Shown: piece by piece, positions 27,098 through 35,641 of the stretch | Layout of the letters: each line of letters begins with the position of its first letter | Numbering within the stretch: the first letter of the stretch is position 1 | Source: a bacterium | Lineage (GTDB): Bacteria; Patescibacteriota; Minisyncoccia; Phycocordibacterales; CAIZLB01 | Assembly: GCA_043718245.1 (NCBI GenBank) | Contig: JAYSWB010000029.1 | Location: 1-47,048, forward strand | Reading direction: 5' to 3' | DNA: 47,048 nucleotides | Program-made: the position numbers and the translations under genes | Notes under the pieces: model-generated | What the model was told of the DNA's origin: nothing | Database searches by the model: none | What the model saw: only the letters and a program-made list of their open reading frames with translations

Positions 27098-27158
27098 GTG
27101 AAGTAGATAGTATCCCATTTAAATGACTTTTTCAACCTTTTAGGGTAATGTTGGTGCA

Positions 27159-27905
27159 ATGAAAGAGCCAATAATCCTATTTGAAAATAAAAACCTTTTG
27201 GTCATAAACAAGCCGGCAGGTTTGGTCGTGCATTCTGATGGAAAGACAAAAGAGGCGAATTTGTGCGATTGGCTAATTGAAAAGTATCCAAAAATTAAAA
27301 CGGTAGGGGAACCAGGCAAAAATGGAGAAGGTGAGGTTATTTATCGACCTGGGATTGTGCACCGATTGGACCGGGAAACTTCGGGTGCGATGGTTATTGC
27401 TAAAAATCAGGAAACTTTTGAATATTTAAAAGCACAATTTCAAAATCGAGAAGTTTATAAGACTTATCATGCGGTTGTGTGGGGACTTTTTAAGGAAAAG
27501 AAAGGGGAAGTTGATCGACCGATAGGACGCAGTAAGAGCGATTTCAGAAAGTGGAGCGCTGGACGATTTGCACGAGGCGAGATGCGTGAGGCGGTTACAG
27601 AATATAAAGTTCTTGGAGAGGTGACTTTAGAAAATCAAAATTACAAAATTACTCCGAGTTTTAGTTTGATTGAGTGTCATCCATTAACAGGGCGCACTCA
27701 CCAGATTCGTGTCCATATGCACTTCTTGCATCATCCTGTGGTTGGGGATGGTTTGTATGCTCCAAATCACCCTAAGGTGATGGGTTTTGAGAGGTTGGCA
27801 CTGCATTCACGTAGTATTCAGTTTACAGATATGGGAGGAGGTTTGATTAAGATTGAAGCTCCGTATCCGGAGGATTTTGAGAGGGCGATGGGGGTTTTTG
27901 GGTAG
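27159..27905 (+). CDS. RluA-family pseudouridine synthase
   Basis: HRLDRETSGAMVIAKN catalytic motif and GRTHQIRVH. Confidence 0.85.
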   Translation: MKEPIILFENKNLLVINKPAGLVVHSDGKTKEANLCDWLIEKYPKIKTVGEPGKNGEGEVIYRPGIVHRLDRETSGAMVIAKNQETFEYLKAQFQNREVYKTYHAVVWGLFKEKKGEVDRPIGRSKSDFRKWSAGRFARGEMREAVTEYKVLGEVTLENQNYKITPSFSLIECHPLTGRTHQIRVHMHFLHHPVVGDGLYAPNHPKVMGFERLALHSRSIQFTDMGGGLIKIEAPYPEDFERAMGVFG

Positions 27906-27931
27906 AAATTTGGAGTTTGGACTAGTCCGAA

Positions 27932-28028
27932 GTCACCCATTGACAATTAATGCTAATTCTTCATATTTTCTTTATCTTGAAGATGTGAATTTTTTATGAA
28001 TTCTGTCTATTAATTGACAATGGGTGAC
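27932..28028. repeat. 20-bp inverted repeat pair (19/20) separated by 57 bp, upstream of rplS
   Basis: GTCACCCATTGACAATTAAT at 27932..27951 and ATTAATTGACAATGGGTGAC at 28009..28028. Each arm contains TTGACA. Confidence 0.7.
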
Positions 28029-28102
28029 GGGGAAGACCCTTATTTTCTACTATCCTTACACCCCATTGCAAAACCTCTCTTCCTCTGCTATATTATCTTC
28101 CC

Positions 28103-28504
28103 ATGGCAATCACACTAGCAAAAAACACCACAGCAGAGCGAAAAGCCCTAGATATGAAGTCTGGAGATACTGTTAAGGTTCACCAGAAAATTCAGGAAAA
28201 AGGCAAGACTCGAATCCAGATCTTCGAAGGTTTGGTTTTATCACGAAAGCACGGAGCGGAGGCCGGTGCTACTTTTACAGTACGAAAATCATCAAATGGA
28301 TGGGGAGTAGAGAGAATTTTCCCTCTACACTCACCAATGATCGACAAGATCGAGGTATTAAGACGATCAAAGACTCGCCGATCGAAACTATACTTCATCC
28401 GAGACAAGGCCGCTAAGGAAATCTCTAAGAGAATGAAAACAGAATTAATCAAGGCACGAGCGGGAATAGTAGACGAGGTGGTAGGAACAGAAGAGGCTAA
28501 ATAA
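28103..28504 (+). CDS. rplS: 50S ribosomal protein L19
   Basis: GDTVKVH.KI.E..K.R.Q.FEG.V..R.......TFTVRK.S.G.GVER.FP.HSP.I..IEV.R....RR.KLY..R. Confidence 0.9.
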   Translation: MAITLAKNTTAERKALDMKSGDTVKVHQKIQEKGKTRIQIFEGLVLSRKHGAEAGATFTVRKSSNGWGVERIFPLHSPMIDKIEVLRRSKTRRSKLYFIRDKAAKEISKRMKTELIKARAGIVDEVVGTEEAK

Positions 28505-28507
28505 AAC

Positions 28508-28538
28508 AAAAGACCTTCCAATCGGAGGTCTTTTGTTT
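28508..28538 (+). terminator. rho-independent terminator of rplS
   Basis: AAAAGACCTTCC-aatc-GGAGGTCTTTT followed by GTTTT. Confidence 0.75.
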
Positions 28539-28553
28539 TAGTATGTGTCACAT

Positions 28554-28637
28554 GCGCGGGTGGCGAAATTGGTAGACGCACTACCTTGAGGTGGTAGCGC
28601 CTTTACGGGCGTGGAAGTTCGAGTCTTCTCCCGCGCA
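28554..28637 (+). tRNA. tRNA-Leu (anticodon GAG)
   Basis: GCGCGGG-TG-GCGAAATTGGTAGACGC-A-CTACC-TTGAGGT-GGTAG, long variable arm CGCCTTTACGGGCGT, then GGAAG-TTCGAGT-CTTCT-CCCGCGC-A. Confidence 0.85.
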
Positions 28638-28753
28638 CAGTTAATATCTTGACGACTTAGCACGACAGGAATAGGCTTATTACAGGTTAAGTTCTTTTAT
28701 GTGTGCTCACAGTGTTTTGCACTTATTGTTAAAGGCAATGAGTTCAGTACTCT

Positions 28754-29185
28754 ATGAACACACCCGCACTCACTATTGGAGCCGCCCCTGCTCGTCAAAG
28801 TGGCAATACAGCACGCACAGCCATGAAGACATTTTTCCTTTTATCAGTGACCGCACTGATCTCTACGATTTATTTGGCTGTCAAAGTCCAAACTGCCAAA
28901 AGTCATCGACACATGGAAGGACCGGGTTTCATCCTGAGCTCCCTCGCAGATGGGAAAACCTACACCTGCAAGATCGTTTCAATTGAGGAAACAGGTTCCA
29001 GTATCCTCACTGTTCGCGTTGTTGGAAAAACCCGCGACGGTCGCTGGCAGAAAGAGGGAATGGTCCTCGTTGTCAGAAACGAATGTGTTCTGAAGGTTGA
29101 TGATGTCGTCCGCCTTTCGTATGATCGAGACAAGAAGATCATGATTGAAACGCCACCGCGCTTCGAACTTGTGCTCCTTCTGTAG
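28754..29185 (+). CDS. hypothetical membrane-anchored protein (higher-G+C cassette)
   Basis: 143-aa ORF. The start could instead be the ATG at 28823 (MKTFFLLSVTALISTIYLAV). About 33 of 60 G+C in a hand-counted sample. A strong terminator follows. Confidence 0.45.
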   Translation: MNTPALTIGAAPARQSGNTARTAMKTFFLLSVTALISTIYLAVKVQTAKSHRHMEGPGFILSSLADGKTYTCKIVSIEETGSSILTVRVVGKTRDGRWQKEGMVLVVRNECVLKVDDVVRLSYDRDKKIMIETPPRFELVLLL

Positions 29186-29200
29186 CTCTCAAATCTACAA

Positions 29201-29236
29201 ACCGCCGGCCCGTATTCTCGGGCCGGCGGTGTTTTG
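29201..29236 (+). terminator. rho-independent terminator
   Basis: ACCGCCGGCCCG-tattct-CGGGCCGGCGGT followed by GTTTTG. Confidence 0.8.
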
Positions 29237-29264
29237 TATTTAAGCTTTTCTTTATTTTTATTTA

Positions 29265-29681
29265 ATGTCTACCCGGTATGCTTTTTTGATGGATGATTTT
29301 GATACATGGAACGAATTGAAAAAGAAAATTGAAGCTAAAGATATTGTTTTAAGTAAATTTCCAAAAGAAGGACAAATTTGGATTGCGAATATTAGAAAAA
29401 ATATTGGCTTTGAACAAAACGGGAAAGGAAATGAGTTTGCTAGACCAGTCTTGATTATTAAAAAATTCAATAATCAAATGTTTTGGATTGTGCCGCTTTC
29501 GTCAAAACAGAAACATTTTGATTTTTATTTCAATTACGTAGATTCTTTGAACAGAAATGTTTCTGTCGTCTTGGCTCAAATGAAATTGATGAGCTTGAAA
29601 AGATTTATCCGTGATACAGATCAGGTAGAATCTGCCTTGTTGCTTGAAATAAAGAAAAAAATAATCTTGCTTCTAACCTAA
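29265..29681 (+). CDS. PemK/MazF-like toxin-fold protein (solitary)
   Basis: KEGQIWIANIRKNIGFEQNGKGNEFARPVLIIKKF resembles the MazF/PemK G.I....G.E..G...RPvLi core, preceded by an N-terminal extension. Confidence 0.5.
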   Translation: MSTRYAFLMDDFDTWNELKKKIEAKDIVLSKFPKEGQIWIANIRKNIGFEQNGKGNEFARPVLIIKKFNNQMFWIVPLSSKQKHFDFYFNYVDSLNRNVSVVLAQMKLMSLKRFIRDTDQVESALLLEIKKKIILLLT

Positions 29682-29777
29682 AAATCGAAACCCCCACTGG
29701 CCAGCGGGGGTTTCTCGAAGCCTTTCGGCACTGTGTCTCTATAGTAACAAACAGAATGATACTGTCAAATCTTAGTC

Positions 29778-29822
29778 TTACTCCACAAACTTCAGCGCCG
29801 TTCCTTTCTTGTCGCCTCGTCC
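29778..29822. repeat. 45-bp direct repeat copy 1 (remnant of a helicase 3' end)
   Basis: 41/45 identical to 30617..30661. On the minus strand it reads GRGDKKGTALKFVE-stop. Confidence 0.85.
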
Positions 29823-29843
29823 GCTAAACAAAATTACTTACAA

Positions 29844-30542
29844 TTATCCCCAGTAGACCTGATTCCAACTTTCTAATTTTAACTTTTCTGTTTCAGAATC
29901 ATACATATAAGTAGAAACCCCACAATTTGTTGGTGTTGATTTTTTATCCTCTAAATATTCCTCCATCTTTTCCCAAGTCATTTCATCAAGAATAAAACGG
30001 AAACATTGAATCACTCGCCCGTGTGTCACCAACAAAACTGTTTTACCTGCGTAATTTTTATTTAAATATTCTAGAAATGGTCTAAGTCTGTTTTCAATCA
30101 CATCCATTAAACTTTCACCTCCAATTGGGCGAGCAAATAGTCCTCCAACAATGTCCCAATATTCCTGTAAGTAAGGAAAATGTTTTTCTTTTTCGGATTC
30201 TAGTAGTGTGTGAGTATAACCACCTTCTCTTTCTCGCAATGAAAGGTCTTCTTTTAATAATGGTTTCACTCCATATGAAGAGAGGACACTTTCTGCTGTC
30301 TGTTTAGTTCGCATGTAACCAGAGTGAAAAACGACATCCGGAATCCCGTGTATTTCTAGAAGTTTGGGTGAGGTTTTTTCTGCTTGGAATTTCCCATGCT
30401 CTGTTATGGATATCTTGTGATCAGGAATCTTTCCAACTTTCTCGAGAGCGGTTGGATCGCTTAAAAATAATGCACCATTTAGCGCCTTATTTCTTTCTGA
30501 TTCCGCGTGACGAATAAGGACAAGTTTAGCTGGAGTTTTCAT
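29844..30542 (-). CDS. histidine phosphatase family protein (phosphoglycerate mutase-like)
   Basis: LVLIRHAESERN (RHG-type motif) and a downstream VTHG catalytic His region. Confidence 0.8.
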   Translation of the reverse strand: MKTPAKLVLIRHAESERNKALNGALFLSDPTALEKVGKIPDHKISITEHGKFQAEKTSPKLLEIHGIPDVVFHSGYMRTKQTAESVLSSYGVKPLLKEDLSLREREGGYTHTLLESEKEKHFPYLQEYWDIVGGLFARPIGGESLMDVIENRLRPFLEYLNKNYAGKTVLLVTHGRVIQCFRFILDEMTWEKMEEYLEDKKSTPTNCGVSTYMYDSETEKLKLESWNQVYWG

Positions 30543-30616
30543 ATTTTTATACTAACATACCCATCGAGTTATTTTCAATGGGTATGTTTTACCTACTTAA
30601 TAAAAATTTTCTAAGA

Positions 30617-30661
30617 TTACTCCACAAACGTCAACGCCGTTCCTTTCTTGTCACCACGTCC
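30617..30661. repeat. 45-bp direct repeat copy 2 (authentic 3' end of the helicase gene)
   Basis: See copy 1. Encodes GRGDKKGTALTFVE-stop. Confidence 0.85.
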
Positions 30662-32056
30662 AGTTCTACCAATGCGGTGAACATAGTCGTCATAAGTGGC
30701 AGGTAGATCAAAGTTGATCACGTGACTCACATTAGAGATATCCAATCCTCGGGCAGCAACATCGGTTGCTACAAGAACTTGGGTGTTACCAGCCTTGAAG
30801 CCAGTCAACGCACGCTGTCGTCCAGAGTGATTCAAGTTTCCGTGAATCGCTTCAGACTTGAAACCATTTTTTACAAGCATATCAGAAAGTTTTGCCACTC
30901 CGTGCTTTGTTCGTCCGAAGATAATTACTTTGCTAAATTCTGGCTGTTTCAATAGGGAACTTAATATAGCAACTTTATCTCCACCTCGTGGCACTCGAAC
31001 AACGTCCTGATCAATATTTTTAGAAGTGTCTCGGCTTTTAACTGAAATTCGTACAGGATTTTTCAAAAATTCCTGAATAAGCCTTTCAATTTCAGGTGAA
31101 ACTGTCGCAGAGAAGAACAAAGTCTGTCTTGTCTTTGGCATTCCGGCCATAATGAATCGCATATCATTTACGAATCCCATGTCCAACATTCGATCAGCTT
31201 CATCAAGAACAATTGTGTTAAATCGTGAGAGAACTATTCGTCCTGTCGAGATCAAATCTTTCAATCGTCCTGGTGTTCCGATAACGAAGTTGTTATGTAA
31301 TCGAAGTGCTCGGATCTGTGGAACAATGTTTGCACCTCCTACACAACATACAGAATAAATTTTCAATCCACGTGTGAATTGAACTAATTCTTGTTCGATC
31401 TGAATCGCAAGTTCACGAGTCGGTGCAATGACCATAACTTGTTCGTCTCGATTCAATAATATTTTATGAATAAGTGGAATTAAAAACGCCGCTGTTTTAC
31501 CAGTTCCAGTATTGGCAAGTCCAATAACATCCACGCCTTCGAGGATTTTAGGAATCGCACCGTCCTGAATTGGGGTAGGAGTTTTGTAACCCTTGGCAAT
31601 AATTGAAGCTTTCAACTCTTCATTGATTTGAAAATCAGCAAAAGTGTTTTTAGGGTTGTAAACTTCGACTACTTCGGTGACGATCGCTTTGTTTATAAAT
31701 TTTTCAGGATTGATATATGCACCCCCGAAGTTTCTAGCGGGACGTCTTTGTGAGTAACCACCACGTGATGGTGATCCTCGGTTGTATGAAGGACGGGAAC
31801 CAGGACCTGCGTTATATGGTCTCGGTGCGCCGTATGAAGCGCGGGGAGAGCTATATGAACGTGAAGGGGCGCCTGATGCAGGTCTAGAAGGACCGTAAGC
31901 TACACGTGCATTAAAAGGACGACCTCCCGTTGAAGATCTTCCTATAGAAGAACCAGAACCCGCTGGTGCTGAATAGCGGGGTTTTGATGATGAAAAGGCG
32001 CGCTTAGGCGAATGACTGCCAGTCCGAGGACCAGCGCTGTTTGATTTTGGATACAT
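30617..32056 (-). CDS. DEAD-box ATP-dependent RNA helicase with N-terminal R/G/S/P-rich low-complexity extension
   Basis: Q motif (GYKTPTPIQ), motif I ANTGTGKT, DEAD (VLDEADRMLD), SAT, ARGLD and HRIGRTGR. The first ~112 aa are low complexity. Confidence 0.9.
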   Translation of the reverse strand: MYPKSNSAGPRTGSHSPKRAFSSSKPRYSAPAGSGSSIGRSSTGGRPFNARVAYGPSRPASGAPSRSYSSPRASYGAPRPYNAGPGSRPSYNRGSPSRGGYSQRRPARNFGGAYINPEKFINKAIVTEVVEVYNPKNTFADFQINEELKASIIAKGYKTPTPIQDGAIPKILEGVDVIGLANTGTGKTAAFLIPLIHKILLNRDEQVMVIAPTRELAIQIEQELVQFTRGLKIYSVCCVGGANIVPQIRALRLHNNFVIGTPGRLKDLISTGRIVLSRFNTIVLDEADRMLDMGFVNDMRFIMAGMPKTRQTLFFSATVSPEIERLIQEFLKNPVRISVKSRDTSKNIDQDVVRVPRGGDKVAILSSLLKQPEFSKVIIFGRTKHGVAKLSDMLVKNGFKSEAIHGNLNHSGRQRALTGFKAGNTQVLVATDVAARGLDISNVSHVINFDLPATYDDYVHRIGRTGRGDKKGTALTFVE

Positions 32057-32234
32057 GCTTTATCGTAAACTTCCAGTCTTTAAAATAATTGGTGACCGGT
32101 GGATCTCTAGAGTTTTGATAAGCTCTGTATATGTGAGCTAGATAGTTTGAGGAGGTGAGTCCTGAAAAGAAAAACCTTTAAGATAAGTTAACAGAGGCAT
32201 TGTAACATGGGGGAGGGGTGGTGTCAATGGAATA

Positions 32235-32276
32235 GAAAAAGACCCAGCTACACACCTCGCGCAGCTGGGTCTTTTG
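32235..32276 (-). terminator. bidirectional-looking rho-independent terminator
   Basis: AGACCCAGCT-13 nt-AGCTGGGTCT, flanked by A5 on the left and T4 on the right. Lies 12 nt past the stop of 32288..32632. Confidence 0.75.
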
Positions 32277-32287
32277 TAGTGTCTCCC

Positions 32288-32632
32288 TTACCCGACGAGG
32301 GTGAGTACCACCCGTTGCATTTTGATGTCCTCCTCGCTTCTCTCGGGAATGATTGACGGACGATGGACAGCTAAGGGTCGGAACTTCTCGACACGATTTC
32401 TCCAGGGTTCCCTCCGGATGACCGTCAGGGTAGAGTCTCTTGGAAACCAACCGAAACTGAACAGTTTGTAGCTCTTGTCCCCTTGGACGATGATCTGGCA
32501 AACTGTGTCATTCAGGAAAAGTTTGAAGAAGTCTTTCCACTTTGGCAACTCCTGAACCTCTTTTGCTGTTACGCCAGTGAACCCCTCGATGGTGTTCAAA
32601 ATCATAACGAGTACAGAAAAATGATCTCTCAT
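32288..32632 (-). CDS. hypothetical protein (higher-G+C cassette)
   Basis: 114-aa ORF ending just before the terminator. About 32 of 60 G+C in a hand-counted sample. Preferred over the overlapping frame 32178..32501, which runs through the terminator. Confidence 0.4.
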   Translation of the reverse strand: MRDHFSVLVMILNTIEGFTGVTAKEVQELPKWKDFFKLFLNDTVCQIIVQGDKSYKLFSFGWFPRDSTLTVIRREPWRNRVEKFRPLAVHRPSIIPERSEEDIKMQRVVLTLVG

Positions 32633-32735
32633 TTGTGTGAATTCGGTGCATCACAGCACCTGGTCTGCTTTCTCAGACCGTTTTTGGTTACGAACTCTTC
32701 CCAAACTGTACTATATGATACTGATATGTAAAGGG

Positions 32736-33494
32736 CTACAAAAACTTCTTTATAATCTCCGCTGTCTCACTCGGACCTTTAATCCCAATCGTCTCAATAC
32801 CTGCTTGAATAGGAGAATAATCATTTCCACCTTCAAATACGGCATCACCGATAAATAGAATGTCACTGATTGATAACCCCTTATCCTCCAATAAAAGTTT
32901 TAAACCAACCGCTTTATTAAAACCTTTCGGAAGCACATCAATTGAGGTTGTACCTGCAATATCAGCATCGATTTCAGGAATTGCTTTTTCTAAAGCTTCT
33001 TTTATCTTCATGCGTTTTGTATTAGATGGGTCCCATTTGTTTTTTTCCTCTAAAGGAGCCTCCTGGCCTAAAACTGAAAGGGTAATCTGATTCCCACGGT
33101 CTTCTATATACGGGCCGTAATGTTTTTCAGGAATATCGAAAGTTTTTTCTTTAAGTATATTATTTAATTCATCAATCACTCGATTTTTAATTTTTTGATT
33201 AAAAGGGTGGGTGTAAACTTCATTCCAGTTCCTTGTGTCCGGATTATATTCGAAACGGCTGCTGCCACTTGCAGGTAACAAGATAAAGTTTTCCAGGTTT
33301 TTTTCTGTGTCGGTTGCCCTGACCCCTTTGATTAGTTGTCTTTCAAATTGGTGATATGAACCACCGGAAATCACTGCTACCTTAGTTTTTAGGGAAAGTG
33401 CAGATAGTAGTAGGGCCATCTCTTCTGTCATAGGCAGTTTGCTCTGTGTTAGCGTTCCGTCAAGATCGAATGCCATAATTTTTTTCAGTTCCAT
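32736..33494 (-). CDS. HAD-IIB hydrolase, eukaryotic-type phosphomannomutase-like
   Basis: FDLDGTLT motif I, VISGGS..Q, and GD....GGNDY at the C-terminus. The start is set at MELKKIMAFDLDG so it does not overlap the divergent gene. Confidence 0.65.
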   Translation of the reverse strand: MELKKIMAFDLDGTLTQSKLPMTEEMALLLSALSLKTKVAVISGGSYHQFERQLIKGVRATDTEKNLENFILLPASGSSRFEYNPDTRNWNEVYTHPFNQKIKNRVIDELNNILKEKTFDIPEKHYGPYIEDRGNQITLSVLGQEAPLEEKNKWDPSNTKRMKIKEALEKAIPEIDADIAGTTSIDVLPKGFNKAVGLKLLLEDKGLSISDILFIGDAVFEGGNDYSPIQAGIETIGIKGPSETAEIIKKFL

Positions 33495-33523
33495 AATCAC
33501 CATTATAGCAGTATAATGGCTAT

Positions 33524-34117
33524 ATGATAAAACCATATGCCGAGCGGAGTCACGAAAAGATGCGAGAAGTATTGATGTCACCTGATGCTGTAGGACCTGC
33601 GGTACATTATTATATGATCCGAGGGGGGACAGACAAAGAGAACATAACTGTATGGGAGTCAGGAACAGTCGGTGGGGAATACATCAAAGCCTACGGACAT
33701 TATCATGTGGGTGACATCAGCGAGACCTATCATATTCTACGAGGTGAGGGGATTTTGATGTTACAGAAGAGAAAAACTGATGATGAAATGGAGATTTGTG
33801 TGGCTGTTTATGCTAAAGCGGGGGATGTGCTTCCAATTCCAACAGGTATAGGACACTTGATGGTAAACACTGGTAAAGTCTGGCTCGCGACGGCAGATGA
33901 CAGTCCGGTAAACTTTGCAGATGTTGATCCGGTCAGCCTTCCAGGGCACGCAGATTATGAAACGGTCCGAAAAATGAAAGGTTTTGCATATTATGTAATG
34001 GAAAGTGATGGTAAACCGGCTTATATTAAGAATCCAAGCTACAAAAATACCCCTGAGATAAAGGAGATGACGGCAGATGAATACAGGGCTATTATGGTAG
34101 ATAAGGGTTCTATATAG
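33524..34117 (+). CDS. cupin-type glucose-6-phosphate isomerase-like protein
   Basis: TVGGEYIKAYGHYH....SETYHILRGEG resembles the archaeal-type cupin PGI metal-binding motif. Sits in a sugar-phosphate/glucan context. Confidence 0.55.
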   Translation: MIKPYAERSHEKMREVLMSPDAVGPAVHYYMIRGGTDKENITVWESGTVGGEYIKAYGHYHVGDISETYHILRGEGILMLQKRKTDDEMEICVAVYAKAGDVLPIPTGIGHLMVNTGKVWLATADDSPVNFADVDPVSLPGHADYETVRKMKGFAYYVMESDGKPAYIKNPSYKNTPEIKEMTADEYRAIMVDKGSI

Positions 34118-34134
34118 TATACTTTTTAAGCAAT

Positions 34135-35637
34135 ATGAAACTCTCCCTAAAATCAAAAGGTCTAAAGATTCTCTTTTTAGGTTGTGAAGCTGCTCCTTTT
34201 ATCAAAATCGGCGGATTGGGCGAGGTTATGTATTCGCTACCAAAAGCACTTCGTGAGCTTGGTCATGATGCTAGGATTATGATTCCGTATTTTAGCTCTA
34301 TTCCAAAAGAAAAATTTCCAATGGAGATGATTATGGAAGGAATTTCTATTCCAAGTGGTAGGGAGGAGCATCCAATTTCTTGTAACGTAAAAGTATCTAC
34401 GGCAGAAGGCTCTACTGTACCAAGTTATTTTTTGGAAAACATGGAATATTTCGAACAAAGAGGAAATGTATATGGATATGATGATGACGGCGCGCGATTC
34501 GCAGTTTTTTCGCGCGCCGCTTTGGAATTCGTAAAACGAAATGAAGATTGGAGGCCTGATATTATAGTTTCCGCTGATTGGCAGGGAGGGCTTACTCCAA
34601 ACTTGATGAAGACTGAATATGCAAATGATCCAATCATTTCAAAGATCGCCTCGGTGTTTTGTATACACAATCTACACTTTCAAGGAATGTTTGATCATCG
34701 TTTCACAAATGAAATGGATTATGACGATGGCCGATCGGTTATTCCTCCAATCGATGATCCGCGCATGTTGAAAATCAACTTTATGCGTAGGGGAATTCTT
34801 TTTGCAGACATTGTAAATACGGTTTCTCCAAATTATGCTCAGGAAATTACCACCCCTGATTACGGTGAACTTTTAGATGGGCTTTTGTCAGAGCGTCGAT
34901 CTCGTCTATTTGGAATTTTAAATGGAATAGATTATACAAGTAATGATCCTACAGCGAATCCATATGTTGAATACAAGTATTCAGTAAGAAACCTAAACGA
35001 CAGACAAAAAAATAAAGCAGTTTTACAAAGAAAGTTTAACTTGGAAGAAGAACCGAATACACCTTTGGTTGCGATTGTTTCAAGACTTGCAGAACAAAAA
35101 GGAATGGATTTGGTTATAGAGACTATAGAGCCTCTTCTTGAAAACTTTAAGTTCCAACTAGTTGTCCTTGGAAATGGAGATTCTAAGTATCTTAGTTTTT
35201 TTGCGGATCTTGAGAAAAAATATTCACAAGTCGCAACACACTTGTCATTTGATACGACATTGCCACATGTGGTGCACTCTGGAGCTGATTTAATTCTTGT
35301 ACCTTCTAAATTTGAACCATCAGGTCTTACCCAAATGGAAGCAATGCATTACGGCGCACTACCGCTCGTTCGAAAAACAGGAGGTCTTGCAGACAGTGTT
35401 GTTGATTACAATGAAAACGCCAAGGATGGAGCAGGATTTGTTTTTGAAAAGTATGATAAGTACGCCTTTTTTGGTGCCTTCGTTCGGGCGCTTGAGACTT
35501 ATAAACATCCAAAGGAATGGGTGACTTTGCAAAAGCATGCCATGACCACTGATTTTTCTTGGAAAAAATCTGCCAAAGAATACGTAGAATTATTCAAAAA
35601 GGCGATGGCATTTAATAGTGAGGAAAAAAACCAATAA
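34135..35637 (+). CDS. glgA: glycogen/starch synthase (GT5)
   Basis: KIGGLGEV (K-x-G-G-L) near the N-terminus and SKFEPSGLTQMEAM..G near the C-terminus. Confidence 0.85.
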   Translation: MKLSLKSKGLKILFLGCEAAPFIKIGGLGEVMYSLPKALRELGHDARIMIPYFSSIPKEKFPMEMIMEGISIPSGREEHPISCNVKVSTAEGSTVPSYFLENMEYFEQRGNVYGYDDDGARFAVFSRAALEFVKRNEDWRPDIIVSADWQGGLTPNLMKTEYANDPIISKIASVFCIHNLHFQGMFDHRFTNEMDYDDGRSVIPPIDDPRMLKINFMRRGILFADIVNTVSPNYAQEITTPDYGELLDGLLSERRSRLFGILNGIDYTSNDPTANPYVEYKYSVRNLNDRQKNKAVLQRKFNLEEEPNTPLVAIVSRLAEQKGMDLVIETIEPLLENFKFQLVVLGNGDSKYLSFFADLEKKYSQVATHLSFDTTLPHVVHSGADLILVPSKFEPSGLTQMEAMHYGALPLVRKTGGLADSVVDYNENAKDGAGFVFEKYDKYAFFGAFVRALETYKHPKEWVTLQKHAMTTDFSWKKSAKEYVELFKKAMAFNSEEKNQ

Positions 35638-35641
35638 ATAT

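Noticed and set aside
28699-28986. 95-aa plus-strand ORF overlapping 28754..29185
   Set aside because: It is an alternative frame within a higher-G+C region, where long spurious ORFs are common. The chosen frame has a TM segment and ends at the terminator.
32178-32501. 107-aa minus-strand ORF overlapping 32288..32632
   Set aside because: It reads through the terminator stem-loop at 32235..32276. The alternative frame ends just before the terminator, so I preferred that one.
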